This document shows, piece by piece, positions 1 to 9,859 of a stretch of 64,000 nt of DNA. The stretch is from assembly GCA_041398065.1 (NCBI GenBank), contig JAWKVL010000019.1, positions 5,176-69,175 of the forward strand, given 5' to 3'. Both the position numbers and the translations under genes were made by a program. The DNA is from Dongiaceae bacterium. Lineage in GTDB: Bacteria; Pseudomonadota; Alphaproteobacteria; Dongiales; Dongiaceae. The stretch's first letter is position 1, and each line of letters starts with the position of its first letter. Under the pieces are notes generated by a model that saw only the letters and a list, made by a program, of their open reading frames with translations, was not told the origin of the DNA and searched no databases.

Positions 1-545
1 CGGCGATTGGAGACAAGTACCCTTGCCGATGTCGTAGTCGTAAGCCCAGATCTGCTTCGACCGGGATCGAAATAAGAGATCTTCCGATCCCGGGGCTCCC
101 GGCACGGCCCGTTGGTTACGATGATGCCGCCGTCGAGCAATTCACCTTGAAATTCGGGGTCGAGGCGATGAGCGAGGCGTTCGAACCGATTATCGTATCC
201 CCATCAGCCGGAGATGGAAGCGGCCGCGCCAGTCGACTTGCCGTCATTCAGCCGGAGCGTGGGATTGTCTCCGATCGGGGTTGTGGATCAGCGTGCGCTC
301 GCCGGTCTTGAAATTAGGCGCGTGGAACCGTTCCGAGCAGATCGCCGTTGCCGTCCTTGCGCAAGGCCATGGAGCCGATCTTGCCGGGCACGTCCCAGGC
401 GCGGATCTCGCGGCCATCGGCGGTGCAGCGGAATACCCGCCCGTCGAAGCTGTCGATCCAATAGAGTCGCTGCTGCTCGACATCCCACAATGGACCTTCG
501 CCGAGGGTTGTCTTCCCGCATCTACGAGCTTCCGATGCGCATCTC
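1..545 (-). pseudogene. SMP-30/gluconolactonase family protein, frameshifted and running off the window start (probably sequence error)
   Basis: Fragments in different frames: KTTLGEGPLWDVEQQRLYWIDSFDGRVFRC..IGSMALRKDG, then FHAPNFKTGE, then RLNDGKSTG. These match the paralog at 562-1434. A GGGGAGAG RBS precedes an ATG near 542-547. Confidence 0.7.
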
Positions 546-561
546 ATCTCTCCCCTGATCG

Positions 562-1434
562 TCAGCCCTTGAAGCGCGGCTCCGGCAGGCCGCGCACGCC
601 GAGCCCATGAACCGCGAATAGCATGCCAGCCTCGCGCTCGCGCGGATAGCGTCCGTTGAACGGCCGCGCCATCGAGGTCACGAAGGCGATATCCAAATTC
701 GGCCCGCCGAACATGATGCTGGTGGTCGAGAATACCGGAAGCCCCACCAGTCGGTCGATGACGCCATCGGGATTGAAGCGCACCAGGCGCCCGGCATAGA
801 CCTCCACGCTCCACACAAAGCCTTCCTCGTCGACGGTCGCGCCGTCGGGATAGCCTTGCAAGCCCTCGAACGTACCGAACACGCGCTTGGATTTCACGTC
901 GCCGGTCGCAATGTCGTAGTCATAGGCGAAGATCGCCCGCTTGTAGCTGTCGGCGAAATAGAAGGTCTTGCCGTCCGGGCTCCAGCACGGGCCGTTGGAG
1001 CAGATGATGCCCTTGTCCAGCGTCGTGACCGTGAGATCGGGATCGAGGCGGAACAGCTTCCCGACTGGATCGCCCTCCGCATAGTCCATCGAGCCGGCGA
1101 CGAAACGCCCCTGCCGGTCGACCTTGCCGTCATTGAGGCGCGGCTGCAGCTCGCCCGGCTGCGTCTCGTTGATGCGAGTGACGTCCCCGCTTTCGAAATC
1201 GAGGAAATGGAAGCCGCTGCGCAGCGAGAGGACCGCGCCGCCCTTCTCCCGCAACGCCATGGAGCCGATCGGCTCCGGCACTTTCCAGCACTTGCGGTCG
1301 CCGCCCTTCAGGTCCGCCCGATAGACCGCAGGAGCGTAAGAGTCGATCCAATAGAGCCGCTGTTCCTTGACGTCCCACAGCGGCCCTTCACCCAGGCTGT
1401 CCTTCTGCTCGCTGAAGATCTCGATCCGCAGCAT
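562..1434 (-). CDS. SMP-30/gluconolactonase/LRE family lactonase
   Basis: The true start is MLRIEIFSEQKDSLGEGPLWD inside ORF 562..2406. Motifs RLNDGKVDRQGRF, NGPCWSPDG and YPDGATVDEEG are present. Confidence 0.92.
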   Translation of the reverse strand: MLRIEIFSEQKDSLGEGPLWDVKEQRLYWIDSYAPAVYRADLKGGDRKCWKVPEPIGSMALREKGGAVLSLRSGFHFLDFESGDVTRINETQPGELQPRLNDGKVDRQGRFVAGSMDYAEGDPVGKLFRLDPDLTVTTLDKGIICSNGPCWSPDGKTFYFADSYKRAIFAYDYDIATGDVKSKRVFGTFEGLQGYPDGATVDEEGFVWSVEVYAGRLVRFNPDGVIDRLVGLPVFSTTSIMFGGPNLDIAFVTSMARPFNGRYPREREAGMLFAVHGLGVRGLPEPRFKG

Positions 1435-1445
1435 GACGGCGCTCC

Positions 1446-2378
1446 CTAGAAATCGACCTTGTCGGCACCCTTGAGGCTGAGGATCTCGCGCGCCTCGTCG
1501 GGCGTCGCGACGTCGAGATTGAGTCCCTCGATGATCTTGCGGGCAAGACGCACCTGCTCGGCATTGGTCTCGGCAAGCCGGCCGGGCCCGCCCCACAGGG
1601 AATCCTCCAGGCCCACCCGGATGTTGCCGCCCATCGACGCCGACATGGCGGCGATCTGCATCTGCGCGCGGCCAGCGCCCAGCACCGACCAATGATACTG
1701 GTCGCCGAACAGCCGGTCGGCCGTGCGCTTCATGTGCATCACGTCCTCCGGATGCGAGCCGATCCCGCCGAGGATGCCGAACACGGTCTGCACGAACAAA
1801 GGTGGCTTCACCACGCCGCGCTCCAGGAAGTGATGCAGGTTGTAGAGATGCGAGGTGTCGTAGCACTCGAACTCGAAGCGCGTCCCGGCGCTGCCGAGCG
1901 TGGTGAGTACATGCTCGATATCCTTGAAGGTATTGCGGAACACCGCATCGCGGGAACCTTCCAGGTGCGCCCGTTCCCACGCGTGCTTGAACTCCTTGAA
2001 GCGGTTCAGCATGGGATAGAGGCCGAAATTCATCGAGCCCATGTTGAGCGAGGCAACCTCCGGCTTGAACTTCGCCGCCGGCGCCAGGCGCTGCTCCAGC
2101 GTCATGCCCTGGCCGCCGCCGGTGGTGATGTTCACCACGCAGGCGGAGCGCTGCTTGATCACTTTCAGGAACGGCTCGAACGCTTCCGGGGTCTGGTCCG
2201 GCCTGCCGTCCTGCGGATTGCGCGCATGCAGGTGCACGATAGCGGCCCCGGCCTCGGCCGCACCGATCGCGGCATCGGCGATCTCCTGGCCGGTCACCGG
2301 AAGATGCGGCGACATCGACGGCGTGTGGATCGAGCCGGTGACGGCACAGGTGATGATCACTTTGCGTTTCGTTGCCAT
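1446..2378 (-). CDS. BKACE / DUF849 beta-keto acid cleavage enzyme (3-keto-5-aminohexanoate cleavage family)
   Basis: VIITCAVTGSIHTPSMSPHLP, Zn ligands HLH in AAIVHLHAR, and RVGLEDSL. Confidence 0.93.
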   Translation of the reverse strand: MATKRKVIITCAVTGSIHTPSMSPHLPVTGQEIADAAIGAAEAGAAIVHLHARNPQDGRPDQTPEAFEPFLKVIKQRSACVVNITTGGGQGMTLEQRLAPAAKFKPEVASLNMGSMNFGLYPMLNRFKEFKHAWERAHLEGSRDAVFRNTFKDIEHVLTTLGSAGTRFEFECYDTSHLYNLHHFLERGVVKPPLFVQTVFGILGGIGSHPEDVMHMKRTADRLFGDQYHWSVLGAGRAQMQIAAMSASMGGNIRVGLEDSLWGGPGRLAETNAEQVRLARKIIEGLNLDVATPDEAREILSLKGADKVDF

Positions 2379-2395
2379 GGCAATTCTCTTCGCTT

Positions 2396-3343
2396 CTATG
2401 AACCAATCTCGCGCGCGGCCTTGCGCTTGTGCGCCGCCAGCGCCATCAGGCGGCGGTCGCGCCACATCTGCCGCTTCTGTAGATCCGCCGCCGGCAGCCT
2501 GGCGCGCCGGTCATGCTCGACCGTCTCGATCACCGCGCCCGCCCAATCGACGCGCCGCTGCATCGAGGGGAAGAGCCGGGAATAGATCTGCTGATAGCGC
2601 GTGACATAGTCGCGCACGCCGGCCGGAGCATTCAGGTCGATGGTCTCGAACGGCCCCATGAAGGACCAGCGCAATGCCAAGCCCTCGCGCAGCCCGATGT
2701 CGATGTCCTCGACCGAAGCGTAACCATCCGCCACCAGGCGAAAGGCCTCTTCGAGCAGAGCGCCCTGCAGCCGGTTCATGACGAAGCCGTCGATCTCGCG
2801 CTTCATCACGATCGGCGCCTGGCCGGCCGCTTTCATCAGCACGCGCGTACGCTCCATCGCAGCAGGGTCGGTCCAGGGCGCGGGCACGATCTCAACCGCG
2901 GGAATGAGGTAGGGCGGATTGATCGGATGCACCACCAGGCAGCGCGCGCGGCCAGCCAGCGATTCCGTGAAGCGCGATGGCAGCAGCGCGGAGGTCGAGC
3001 TGGCGAGCACGGCGTTCGGCGATGCAGCTTGGTCGAGCTGCGCAAAGACCCGTTTCTTGGTTTCGAGGTCCTCCGGCGTGTTCTCCTGGACGTGGCTGGC
3101 GCCGGTGAGAGCTGCCGCCAGGCTGTCCACGGCTGTCAGCCGGCGCGCGACATCGCCCGGCGCCTGGCCATCCAGCAGACCCTCTGCCGCCAATCCCGCC
3201 AGCGCCTCCTGTGCGAAAGCGACCGCCTTGCCCGCCGCACCGGACACATCATCGTAGAGCCGCACCTCGTGGCCGCCACGCGCGAACGCGATCGCCCAGG
3301 CGCGCCCGATCAGCCCCGATCCGACAATCGCGATGACCGCCAT
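2396..3343 (-). CDS. 3-hydroxyacyl-CoA dehydrogenase family (L-gulonate 3-dehydrogenase/carnitine dehydrogenase-like)
   Basis: AIVGSGLIGRAWA Rossmann motif, VQENTPEDLETK, SSTS, HPINPPYLIPAVE, GFVMNRLQGAL, MGPFETIDLN. Confidence 0.9.
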   Translation of the reverse strand: MAVIAIVGSGLIGRAWAIAFARGGHEVRLYDDVSGAAGKAVAFAQEALAGLAAEGLLDGQAPGDVARRLTAVDSLAAALTGASHVQENTPEDLETKKRVFAQLDQAASPNAVLASSTSALLPSRFTESLAGRARCLVVHPINPPYLIPAVEIVPAPWTDPAAMERTRVLMKAAGQAPIVMKREIDGFVMNRLQGALLEEAFRLVADGYASVEDIDIGLREGLALRWSFMGPFETIDLNAPAGVRDYVTRYQQIYSRLFPSMQRRVDWAGAVIETVEHDRRARLPAADLQKRQMWRDRRLMALAAHKRKAAREIGS

Positions 3344-3354
3344 GTCATATGCTC

Positions 3355-4155
3355 CTAAAGCGTCTCCACATTGCCATCGACCCCGAGCGACTGGCCGGAC
3401 AGATTGTCGCCCATCGGCGAAAGCAGGAATAGCACCATCGCAGCCACGTCGTGCGGCGTCACCATGCGGCGCAGCGAAACCTTCTGCAGGTAGTCCTTTT
3501 CCATCTCCTCGTAGGAGATGCCGAGCTGGCCGGCGCGGGCCCGGATCACCGATTCGATGCGCGGCCCCTCGACGATGCCGGGCAGGATCGCATTGACCCG
3601 GATGTTGTGCGGCCCCAGCTCCTTCGCGAGGCTCTGGGTGAAACCGACCACGCCGAACTTCGCCGAGGAATAAGGCGTGCGGAACGCATAGCCGTGCCGG
3701 CCGGCCGCCGACGACATGTTGACGATGGCGCCGCCGCCGGCCTGCTTGATCATCGGGACAGCGTGGTGCGCGCACAGGAACTGCCCGGTCAGGCAGATGT
3801 CGATGCAGCGCCGCCAGTCTTCGGGAGTGATCTCCTCCACTGCGCCGGTCGGGCCCGCGATGCCGGCATTGTTGATCAGCGCATCGAGCCCGCCGAGCGT
3901 CGCCGCCGCTTCCTTGAACATGCGGGCCACGTCCGCTTCCTTGGAGACGTCCGCGAGCGTCGCGCCATGCTGCGGATGCTGCTTCTTGAAATCGTCGAGG
4001 AAGTTCTGGGACACGTCGCAGATATGAACCTTGGCGCCGTGCAGGATCAGCATGTCCGCGATGGCGCGCCCGATGCCGGAAGCGCCCGCCGAGACAAAGA
4101 CCCGCAAGCCCGGCTGGATGGCATCGATCAGCTTGCGGCCGACTGGTGTCGCCAT
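3355..4155 (-). CDS. SDR oxidoreductase, resembling 2-deoxy-D-ribonate 3-dehydrogenase
   Basis: SAGASGIG, NNAGIAGPTG, catalytic YSSAK, C-terminal SLRRMVT..VDGNVETL. Confidence 0.88.
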   Translation of the reverse strand: MATPVGRKLIDAIQPGLRVFVSAGASGIGRAIADMLILHGAKVHICDVSQNFLDDFKKQHPQHGATLADVSKEADVARMFKEAAATLGGLDALINNAGIAGPTGAVEEITPEDWRRCIDICLTGQFLCAHHAVPMIKQAGGGAIVNMSSAAGRHGYAFRTPYSSAKFGVVGFTQSLAKELGPHNIRVNAILPGIVEGPRIESVIRARAGQLGISYEEMEKDYLQKVSLRRMVTPHDVAAMVLFLLSPMGDNLSGQSLGVDGNVETL

Positions 4156-4164
4156 GTTCTCCTC

Positions 4165-6225
4165 CTAGTTATTGCGCTCGCGCAGCGCCACCACCGCAGC
4201 CAGCACGACCAGCCCGAATATGATGACGCGAGTCGCGTAGGGCAGCGTCGTTCCGGCCAGCAGCGTCTGCAGCGCGGTCAGCAGCAGCACGCCGCCAACC
4301 ATGCCGAGATAGGTGCCGCGGCCGCCGGTGATCAGCGTGCCGCCGACCACCACGACCGCGATCGACGGCAACAGGTAATCGTCGCCCATGCCCAGGCTGG
4401 CTTGACCTGAGAATCCGGTCAACATGCAGCCCACCAGGGCAGAGCAGAAGCCGGACAGCATATAGACCAGCAGGATCGTGCGATTGACCGCGATGCCCGA
4501 CAGGGCCGCCACCCGCTCGCCATTGCCCAGCGCGTAGATCCGCCGCCCGAACGGGGTGCGGCGATGCAGGATCACCGCCCCGATCACGAACAGGACGACG
4601 AACACGACGACCGGCGTCACCCATTCGCTCTTGGACGTCATGAACCAGCGCATCAGCGGCGCCGAGAAGCCGGCCGGCGTGCCCTGCGAATAGAGCAGCG
4701 CGATGCCTTGCAGAATGCCGTTCATGGCGAGCGTCATGACGATCGGCGAGATGCCGAGCATGGCGATGCCGAAGCCGTTCACCAGGCCGATCACGCATCC
4801 GGCGGCCAGGACCAGCGGCAGGGCATAGATCAGCGGCCCGTTCTGGCCGTTCACGATGCCGGCAAGCAAGATGCCGCAGAGCGCGATGGTCCATGGCACC
4901 GAGAGGTCGAGCCCCCCGGTCAGGATCACCGTCCCCTGCCCCAGCGCCAGGATCAGCAGGAACGAGGACAGCACCAGAAGCGAGTTGTAATAGCCGCCGC
5001 TGAACAAGGCGCGCCCGATGGCGAGCTCCGTGATCACAACCACGATGACGAAGCAGACATAGGCCGGCAGCGCGTAACGGATCGCCTCCGCGTGGCGCGC
5101 AAAAAAGGATGGCAATTGAATCGCGCGCACGGCGCCGCCGACTCCCGGCAGCGCGAGATGCTGGGCGACACGATTGCCCTGTCCCGGGAGCATGCCGTGA
5201 TAGCGCGCCTTGATCCGGGCGATCAGCGCACGCAGGCTGCGCGCCGCCTGCGACTTGCGTGTCAGGGAGCCGGCCAGAACAGCCAGGATCAGGATGCAGC
5301 CCTCGGTGATGGTCGAATAATAGGCGGAGACGTTGAGCACGAGCAGGATGTTGACGACGATCATCAGGATATAGGCGCCGACGATCGAGCCGACGCAGCC
5401 GCCGCGTCCACCGCCGAGCCGCGTGCCGCCGACCACCACTGCGCCGAACACCTGCAGCAGCATCGAGTTGCCCACCAGCGGATCGCCGGCACCGGTCTGG
5501 GCCGAGATGAAGACGCCCGCAAAGCCGTAGCAGCCGCCCGCCAGTGTATAGACGAGAAGCTGCACCCACGGCACCGAGATGCCCTGCGCCCGCGCGGCAT
5601 CCATGTCGCTGCCGATCGCGTAGATCGCCGTGCCGAAACGCGTATTCTTCAGCCACAGCCACAGCAGGATGAGGATCGCGAGCACCACGATCGGCATGGG
5701 CAGGAAGTTCGGGATCGCATCCTGCACCAGGGCGGAGCTCAACCCCGCCGGCACCATGCCGCCGGGCTTGTCCAGCACCAGCAGCGTCAGGCCCTGCACG
5801 ATGAACATGGTTGCGAGCGTCACCACGATCGGCTGCAGGCGGAAGAACGCGATGAAGAAGCCGTTGAAGGCTCCGGTCGCCATCCCGACACCCACGCCGA
5901 GCAGCGACCAGAGCAGGATGCCCCCCACCGTATCCGGCATGTTGGTCGCCAGCACCACGTTCACCAGCGAGATGACGGCGCCGGCGGACAGATCGAATCC
6001 CCCGGTCAGGATCACCAGGGTCTGGCCCGCAGCCGCAATCGCCAGCGGCGCGCCGCCGGTCGACATGAAGCTGACCTCGAAATAGCTCATCGGCCCCGCG
6101 GTCATCAGATCGTTGATGAGCAGCAAAGCGATGAAGACGGCCAGTGCCACCAGCAGCCCGCGATATCGGCCGAGGCGCAGGCCGCGGCGCGCCAGGGGAT
6201 GTGTTCCGGCGGACAGGCTGGTCAT
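4165..6225 (-). CDS. Sugar ABC transporter permease with two fused RbsC-type domains
   Basis: Two ILTGGxDLS motifs, two FG..IYAxG motifs and two AVVVGGT motifs in one 686-aa ORF. Confidence 0.9.
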   Translation of the reverse strand: MTSLSAGTHPLARRGLRLGRYRGLLVALAVFIALLLINDLMTAGPMSYFEVSFMSTGGAPLAIAAAGQTLVILTGGFDLSAGAVISLVNVVLATNMPDTVGGILLWSLLGVGVGMATGAFNGFFIAFFRLQPIVVTLATMFIVQGLTLLVLDKPGGMVPAGLSSALVQDAIPNFLPMPIVVLAILILLWLWLKNTRFGTAIYAIGSDMDAARAQGISVPWVQLLVYTLAGGCYGFAGVFISAQTGAGDPLVGNSMLLQVFGAVVVGGTRLGGGRGGCVGSIVGAYILMIVVNILLVLNVSAYYSTITEGCILILAVLAGSLTRKSQAARSLRALIARIKARYHGMLPGQGNRVAQHLALPGVGGAVRAIQLPSFFARHAEAIRYALPAYVCFVIVVVITELAIGRALFSGGYYNSLLVLSSFLLILALGQGTVILTGGLDLSVPWTIALCGILLAGIVNGQNGPLIYALPLVLAAGCVIGLVNGFGIAMLGISPIVMTLAMNGILQGIALLYSQGTPAGFSAPLMRWFMTSKSEWVTPVVVFVVLFVIGAVILHRRTPFGRRIYALGNGERVAALSGIAVNRTILLVYMLSGFCSALVGCMLTGFSGQASLGMGDDYLLPSIAVVVVGGTLITGGRGTYLGMVGGVLLLTALQTLLAGTTLPYATRVIIFGLVVLAAVVALRERNN

Positions 6226-7757
6226 GCCGCGCGTCCCAGACCTTCACCGCCGAGCGCCGCCCGCACGATGCTATCTTCGCTGAGGTCGGCCGCGCCAATC
6301 TCTCGCGCCACGCGACCCTGATAGAGCACCATCACGCGATCCGCGAGATGGACGAGCTCGGGGATCTCGGTCGAATAGAGCAGGATCGCGCCGCCAGCTT
6401 CGACGTACTGGCGCATCAGGCGATAAAGCTCGTGCTTGGTGCCGACATCGATCCCGCGCGTCGGGTCATAGAGCAACAGCACGCGACTCTGTGCCAACAG
6501 CCATTTGGCGATCGCGATCTTCTGCTGGTTGCCGCCGGAAAAGGCGCCGGCCCTGGTCCAAAGCGCGCGGTCGGCGACGTCGACGCGATGAAAGACATCA
6601 GCGACCTCCTGCTGCTCGCGCTTGGCATCGATTAGGCCAAAACGCGCGAAGCGGTCGATCACCGGCATGGAGGCATTGACGGTGCCGGGGAGCTTGAGGA
6701 ACAGGGCCTCGGTCTTGCGGTCCTCCGGCACCAGGCTGATCCCGATATCTGCGCGCACCGCGTCCGCGGGGCTGGCGATCCTGACCGGCTTGCCATCGAC
6801 GAACACGCGGCCGCCGGTGATCTCCGCCATGCCGAAGCACGCTACGAACAGATCGAGCTGGCCCATGCCCTGCAGGCCGGCGACGCCCAGGATCTCGCCG
6901 CGGTGCAAGTTGAAAGAAGCATCGGCAAGCTTACCGTCGGTGGCGAGATGCTCGACCCGCAGGACCTCCGGGCCCGATTCATGGGTCCGCGCCGGTCGCT
7001 CGGGGAATGCCTGGCCGATCGAACGGCCGACGATCATGCGGATCACTTCTTCATCATCGAAATCGGCGACCTTGCCGGTCGCGATGTGCTGGCCGTTGCG
7101 CAGGATCGACAGCGAGTCGCAGAAGCTCCGCACCTCTTTGAGCCGATGCGAAATGAAGATGACGGTGACACCCTTGGCCTTCTCCTGCGCGATGATCTCG
7201 CCAAGCCAGTCCACGTCCCGACCGGTGAGAGACGAGGTAGGTTCGTCGAGCAGCAGGATCCGCGGCTTGCGATAGAGCGCGCGCGCGATCTCGATCTTCT
7301 GCTTGATCGCAAGATCGAGATTGCCGACCTCCTCCTGGAGATCGATCGATTCAAGCCCCAGCGCCGCGAAGTGGCGCCGGACGTCCTCTTCCGCCGTGCG
7401 CCGCCGGATCAGGCCTATGGCATTGGCCGGCGCGTACGGCAGCAGCACCGACTCGAGGACAGTCAGATCACGCACCAGGGTCATTTCCTGGAACGCTGTC
7501 TGGATGCCGCGTGCATGAGCGGCGCGTGGCGAGCCCAGCGTGGCGCTCTTGCCGAAGATGCGGAATGATCCGCTGTCCGGCGTCAGGAGCCCGCTCAGGA
7601 GCTTGACAATGGTGGACTTGCCCGCGCCGTTTTCGCCGAGCAGCGCATGCACGCTACCGTTTGTCACTCGCAGCGAGACATCGTCGACGGCAATGGTCGC
7701 GCCAAACGCTTTGCGGACATGATCGGCTTCGATCGCTGGCGCGCCTTCGCTACTCAC
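6222..7757 (-). CDS. Sugar ABC transporter ATP-binding protein (RbsA-type, two domains)
   Basis: GENGAGKST, LLLDEPT, VPEDRK, SGGNQQK, YDPTRGIDVG. Confidence 0.95.
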   Translation of the reverse strand: MSSEGAPAIEADHVRKAFGATIAVDDVSLRVTNGSVHALLGENGAGKSTIVKLLSGLLTPDSGSFRIFGKSATLGSPRAAHARGIQTAFQEMTLVRDLTVLESVLLPYAPANAIGLIRRRTAEEDVRRHFAALGLESIDLQEEVGNLDLAIKQKIEIARALYRKPRILLLDEPTSSLTGRDVDWLGEIIAQEKAKGVTVIFISHRLKEVRSFCDSLSILRNGQHIATGKVADFDDEEVIRMIVGRSIGQAFPERPARTHESGPEVLRVEHLATDGKLADASFNLHRGEILGVAGLQGMGQLDLFVACFGMAEITGGRVFVDGKPVRIASPADAVRADIGISLVPEDRKTEALFLKLPGTVNASMPVIDRFARFGLIDAKREQQEVADVFHRVDVADRALWTRAGAFSGGNQQKIAIAKWLLAQSRVLLLYDPTRGIDVGTKHELYRLMRQYVEAGGAILLYSTEIPELVHLADRVMVLYQGRVAREIGAADLSEDSIVRAALGGEGLGRAA

Positions 7758-7784
7758 GGGTCGGTACCTTCAATTCAAGAAGAG

Positions 7785-7808
7785 CCGGGCGGCGTTGCCG
7801 CCGCCCGG
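7785..7808. terminator. GC-rich hairpin after the SBP gene (mRNA stabiliser or partial terminator)
   Basis: CCGGGCGGCG-TTGC-CGCCGCCCGG, a perfect 10-bp stem with no U-tract. Confidence 0.5.
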
Positions 7809-7825
7809 TGCAGTCGACAGGCAGA

Positions 7826-8956
7826 TTATTGCTCAGGCTGGCCGACCAGCGCAGCCTGGAAACCGATCTCCGGCGTCTGTTCCGAGAAGATCGAGGCAAA
7901 CCATCCCGGATTCGGCACCAGCGACGGCGGGAAGGCGTTGCACCCAGCCTTCATTTCCTCCCACGAGCCGGTCTCGCAGTATTTGATGGTCTCGTTGGTG
8001 ACGACCGGCAGCGGCAGGGTCGTGCGCTTCGGCACATCCTTGCCTTCCAGCTTCTGCACCGCGAGCTTGAGCGCGAGGCCGCCGGAATAAGGCGGAGAGG
8101 CGTAAGAGATGCGCGGCGCACCCAACGGCGCGTAGGGCGATTCGCCGCCCTCCACCTCGGTCCCGATCGGCAGCATCTGGATGCGGCCGCCATTGGCGCC
8201 CTCGCCGGCGCAGGGCAGCAGCTGCTCCGGCTTCTTGCCGGCCTCAAGCTGCATGGCGTTGGCCGTGTAGCAGCCGACCTGCAGCCACATCCCATCGATG
8301 CTGTCCCAATTGTGTGTGGCGAGGATCTTGGAGAGCTCGGTGCGGGCGACTGCCTGGCTCCACATGCCGACCGATTCCGCTACGATCTTGATGCCGGGAT
8401 TCTTTTCGAATACCGCCTTTGCTGCCTTGGTGCGCAGCGTATCGACCGAGGTGCCAGGCACGCCGGTCAGAATGACGATGTTGCCCTTGCCGTTCAACTT
8501 CTTCACCAGCCACTCCGCGGTGACGCGGCCGGCTTCTTCCTGGTCGATCGAGATGTTGTAAGCGCAAGGTTCAGTAATTTCGGCGTCGTATGCGAAGACC
8601 AGCACGCCCTTGTCGCATGCGTTCTTCACCGCGGCGTTGAGCGCTGTCGGCGAGATCGGGAAGATCACGATGGCCTGGGCGCCCGCCTGCACCATCGCGT
8701 TGATCTGCTGGATCTGGCGCTGCGCGTTCGGCCCGGCCACTTGCACCTGCAGGTCGACCTTGTCCGCCATCGATTTGTGGGAGGCCATGGCCTTGACCAT
8801 GTTGGCGGCCTCGGCCTGCCAGTCGTTGCCGATGAAGCTCATCGACAGGAAGATCTTGAACTTGTCGGCGGCGTTCGCGGCGCCGCTCGTCAACAAGACG
8901 CTCGCGCCAAGCGCGAAGGCCATTGCCAGCCCCAGCGCACCTCTTATGGGTTTCAT
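7826..8956 (-). CDS. Sugar ABC transporter periplasmic binding protein
   Basis: GGAG RBS then MKPIRGALGLAMAF..ANA signal peptide. Peripla_BP_4-like segments QIQQINAMVQAGAQAIVIFP and GNIVILTGVPG. Confidence 0.92.
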   Translation of the reverse strand: MKPIRGALGLAMAFALGASVLLTSGAANAADKFKIFLSMSFIGNDWQAEAANMVKAMASHKSMADKVDLQVQVAGPNAQRQIQQINAMVQAGAQAIVIFPISPTALNAAVKNACDKGVLVFAYDAEITEPCAYNISIDQEEAGRVTAEWLVKKLNGKGNIVILTGVPGTSVDTLRTKAAKAVFEKNPGIKIVAESVGMWSQAVARTELSKILATHNWDSIDGMWLQVGCYTANAMQLEAGKKPEQLLPCAGEGANGGRIQMLPIGTEVEGGESPYAPLGAPRISYASPPYSGGLALKLAVQKLEGKDVPKRTTLPLPVVTNETIKYCETGSWEEMKAGCNAFPPSLVPNPGWFASIFSEQTPEIGFQAALVGQPEQ

Positions 8957-9058
8957 GAGTTTCTCTCCCAAACTTGCGACCGCGTTTGTCTGGGTTCCGG
9001 GACGTCCCATAGAACCCACGCGCCCGATCCACGGCCACGACAGATCAGGCGCCAAAAG

Positions 9059-9095
9059 TTTTTTGATCATTTGATCATAAATCAGATATCATGAC
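9059..9095. promoter_or_regulatory. Probable GntR operator / divergent promoter
   Basis: AT-rich TTTTGATCATTTGATCATAAATCAGATATCATGA with tandem TGATCA palindromes, lying between the divergent SBP and GntR genes. Confidence 0.55.
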
Positions 9096-9858
9096 AGTCG
9101 CAAGATCAATTCGAGCTCCCTTGACGAGGACCCAACGTGCCGATAGCCGCTTGAGTGAGATGACCTTGACGAGTCCCATGAATCGGCCCCGGAGGCGCAC
9201 CAGCAATCTGCCGCAGATGCAGGTTTCGCGCGTAACGCTGCCCGACGAAATCTATCGGCGGCTGAAAGCAATGATCCTGGATGGCGGGCTCATCCCGGGG
9301 GAACTGGTGACGATTCAGGGCTTGGCCAGCGCCTTTGGCGTCAGCGCCATGCCGGTGCGCGAAGCGCTGCAGCGGCTGACCGGTGAGCGGGCGCTCACCG
9401 TGATCTCGGGCCGTTCGGTCGGGATCCGGGCATTGGACGCCGGACGCTTGCGCGATCTGACGCGCGTCCGGGTCGAGATCGAGAGCATCGCCGCCGAATG
9501 GGCGACGCCCAACGTTTCTGAATCAGACCGGCGCAAGTTGCAGGACCTGGTCGATGTCATGGCGAAGGCTGCGCAGGACGGCGACACCCGCGCCTATGTG
9601 CGGGGCAACCACGAGTTCCACTTCACGGTCTATGCCGCATCCGGATCGGATGCGTTGTTGACTACGATCGAAGGGCTCTGGATGCAGGTCAGCCCCTATT
9701 TCCACCTGTTGCACAGCTCCGGCAACTACGTGGCCGCCAACGAAGAGCACAAGATGATCCTGCGTGCGATCAAGGACGGCGATGCCAAGGCGTGCGCGGC
9801 GCATCTGCGCGACGACATTAACTCCGCGACCGATGTGCTGCTGAAGCTGCTCGGCTAG
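9091..9858 (+). CDS. GntR/FCD family transcriptional regulator (start may be 9178)
   Basis: wHTH LASAFGVSAMPVREALQRL and FCD domain NHEFHFTVY...EEHKMIL. Confidence 0.92.
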   Translation: MTVARSIRAPLTRTQRADSRLSEMTLTSPMNRPRRRTSNLPQMQVSRVTLPDEIYRRLKAMILDGGLIPGELVTIQGLASAFGVSAMPVREALQRLTGERALTVISGRSVGIRALDAGRLRDLTRVRVEIESIAAEWATPNVSESDRRKLQDLVDVMAKAAQDGDTRAYVRGNHEFHFTVYAASGSDALLTTIEGLWMQVSPYFHLLHSSGNYVAANEEHKMILRAIKDGDAKACAAHLRDDINSATDVLLKLLG

Positions 9859-9859
9859 C

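Noticed and set aside
562-2406. 614-aa ORF as a fusion protein
   Set aside because: Only the last 290 aa are a lactonase. The rest is an off-frame overlap with the BKACE gene. The same applies to the long N-termini of 2396..3775, 28447..30723 and 54597..56054.
1446-3343. Carnitine dehydrogenase + dehydrocarnitine cleavage (cdhA/cdhC) linked to the nearby dioxygenase
   Set aside because: Plausible but disfavoured. The transporter is sugar-type rather than betaine-type, lactonases are present, there is no thioesterase, and the BKACE N-terminal motif matches the deoxyribonate-type subgroup as I recall it.
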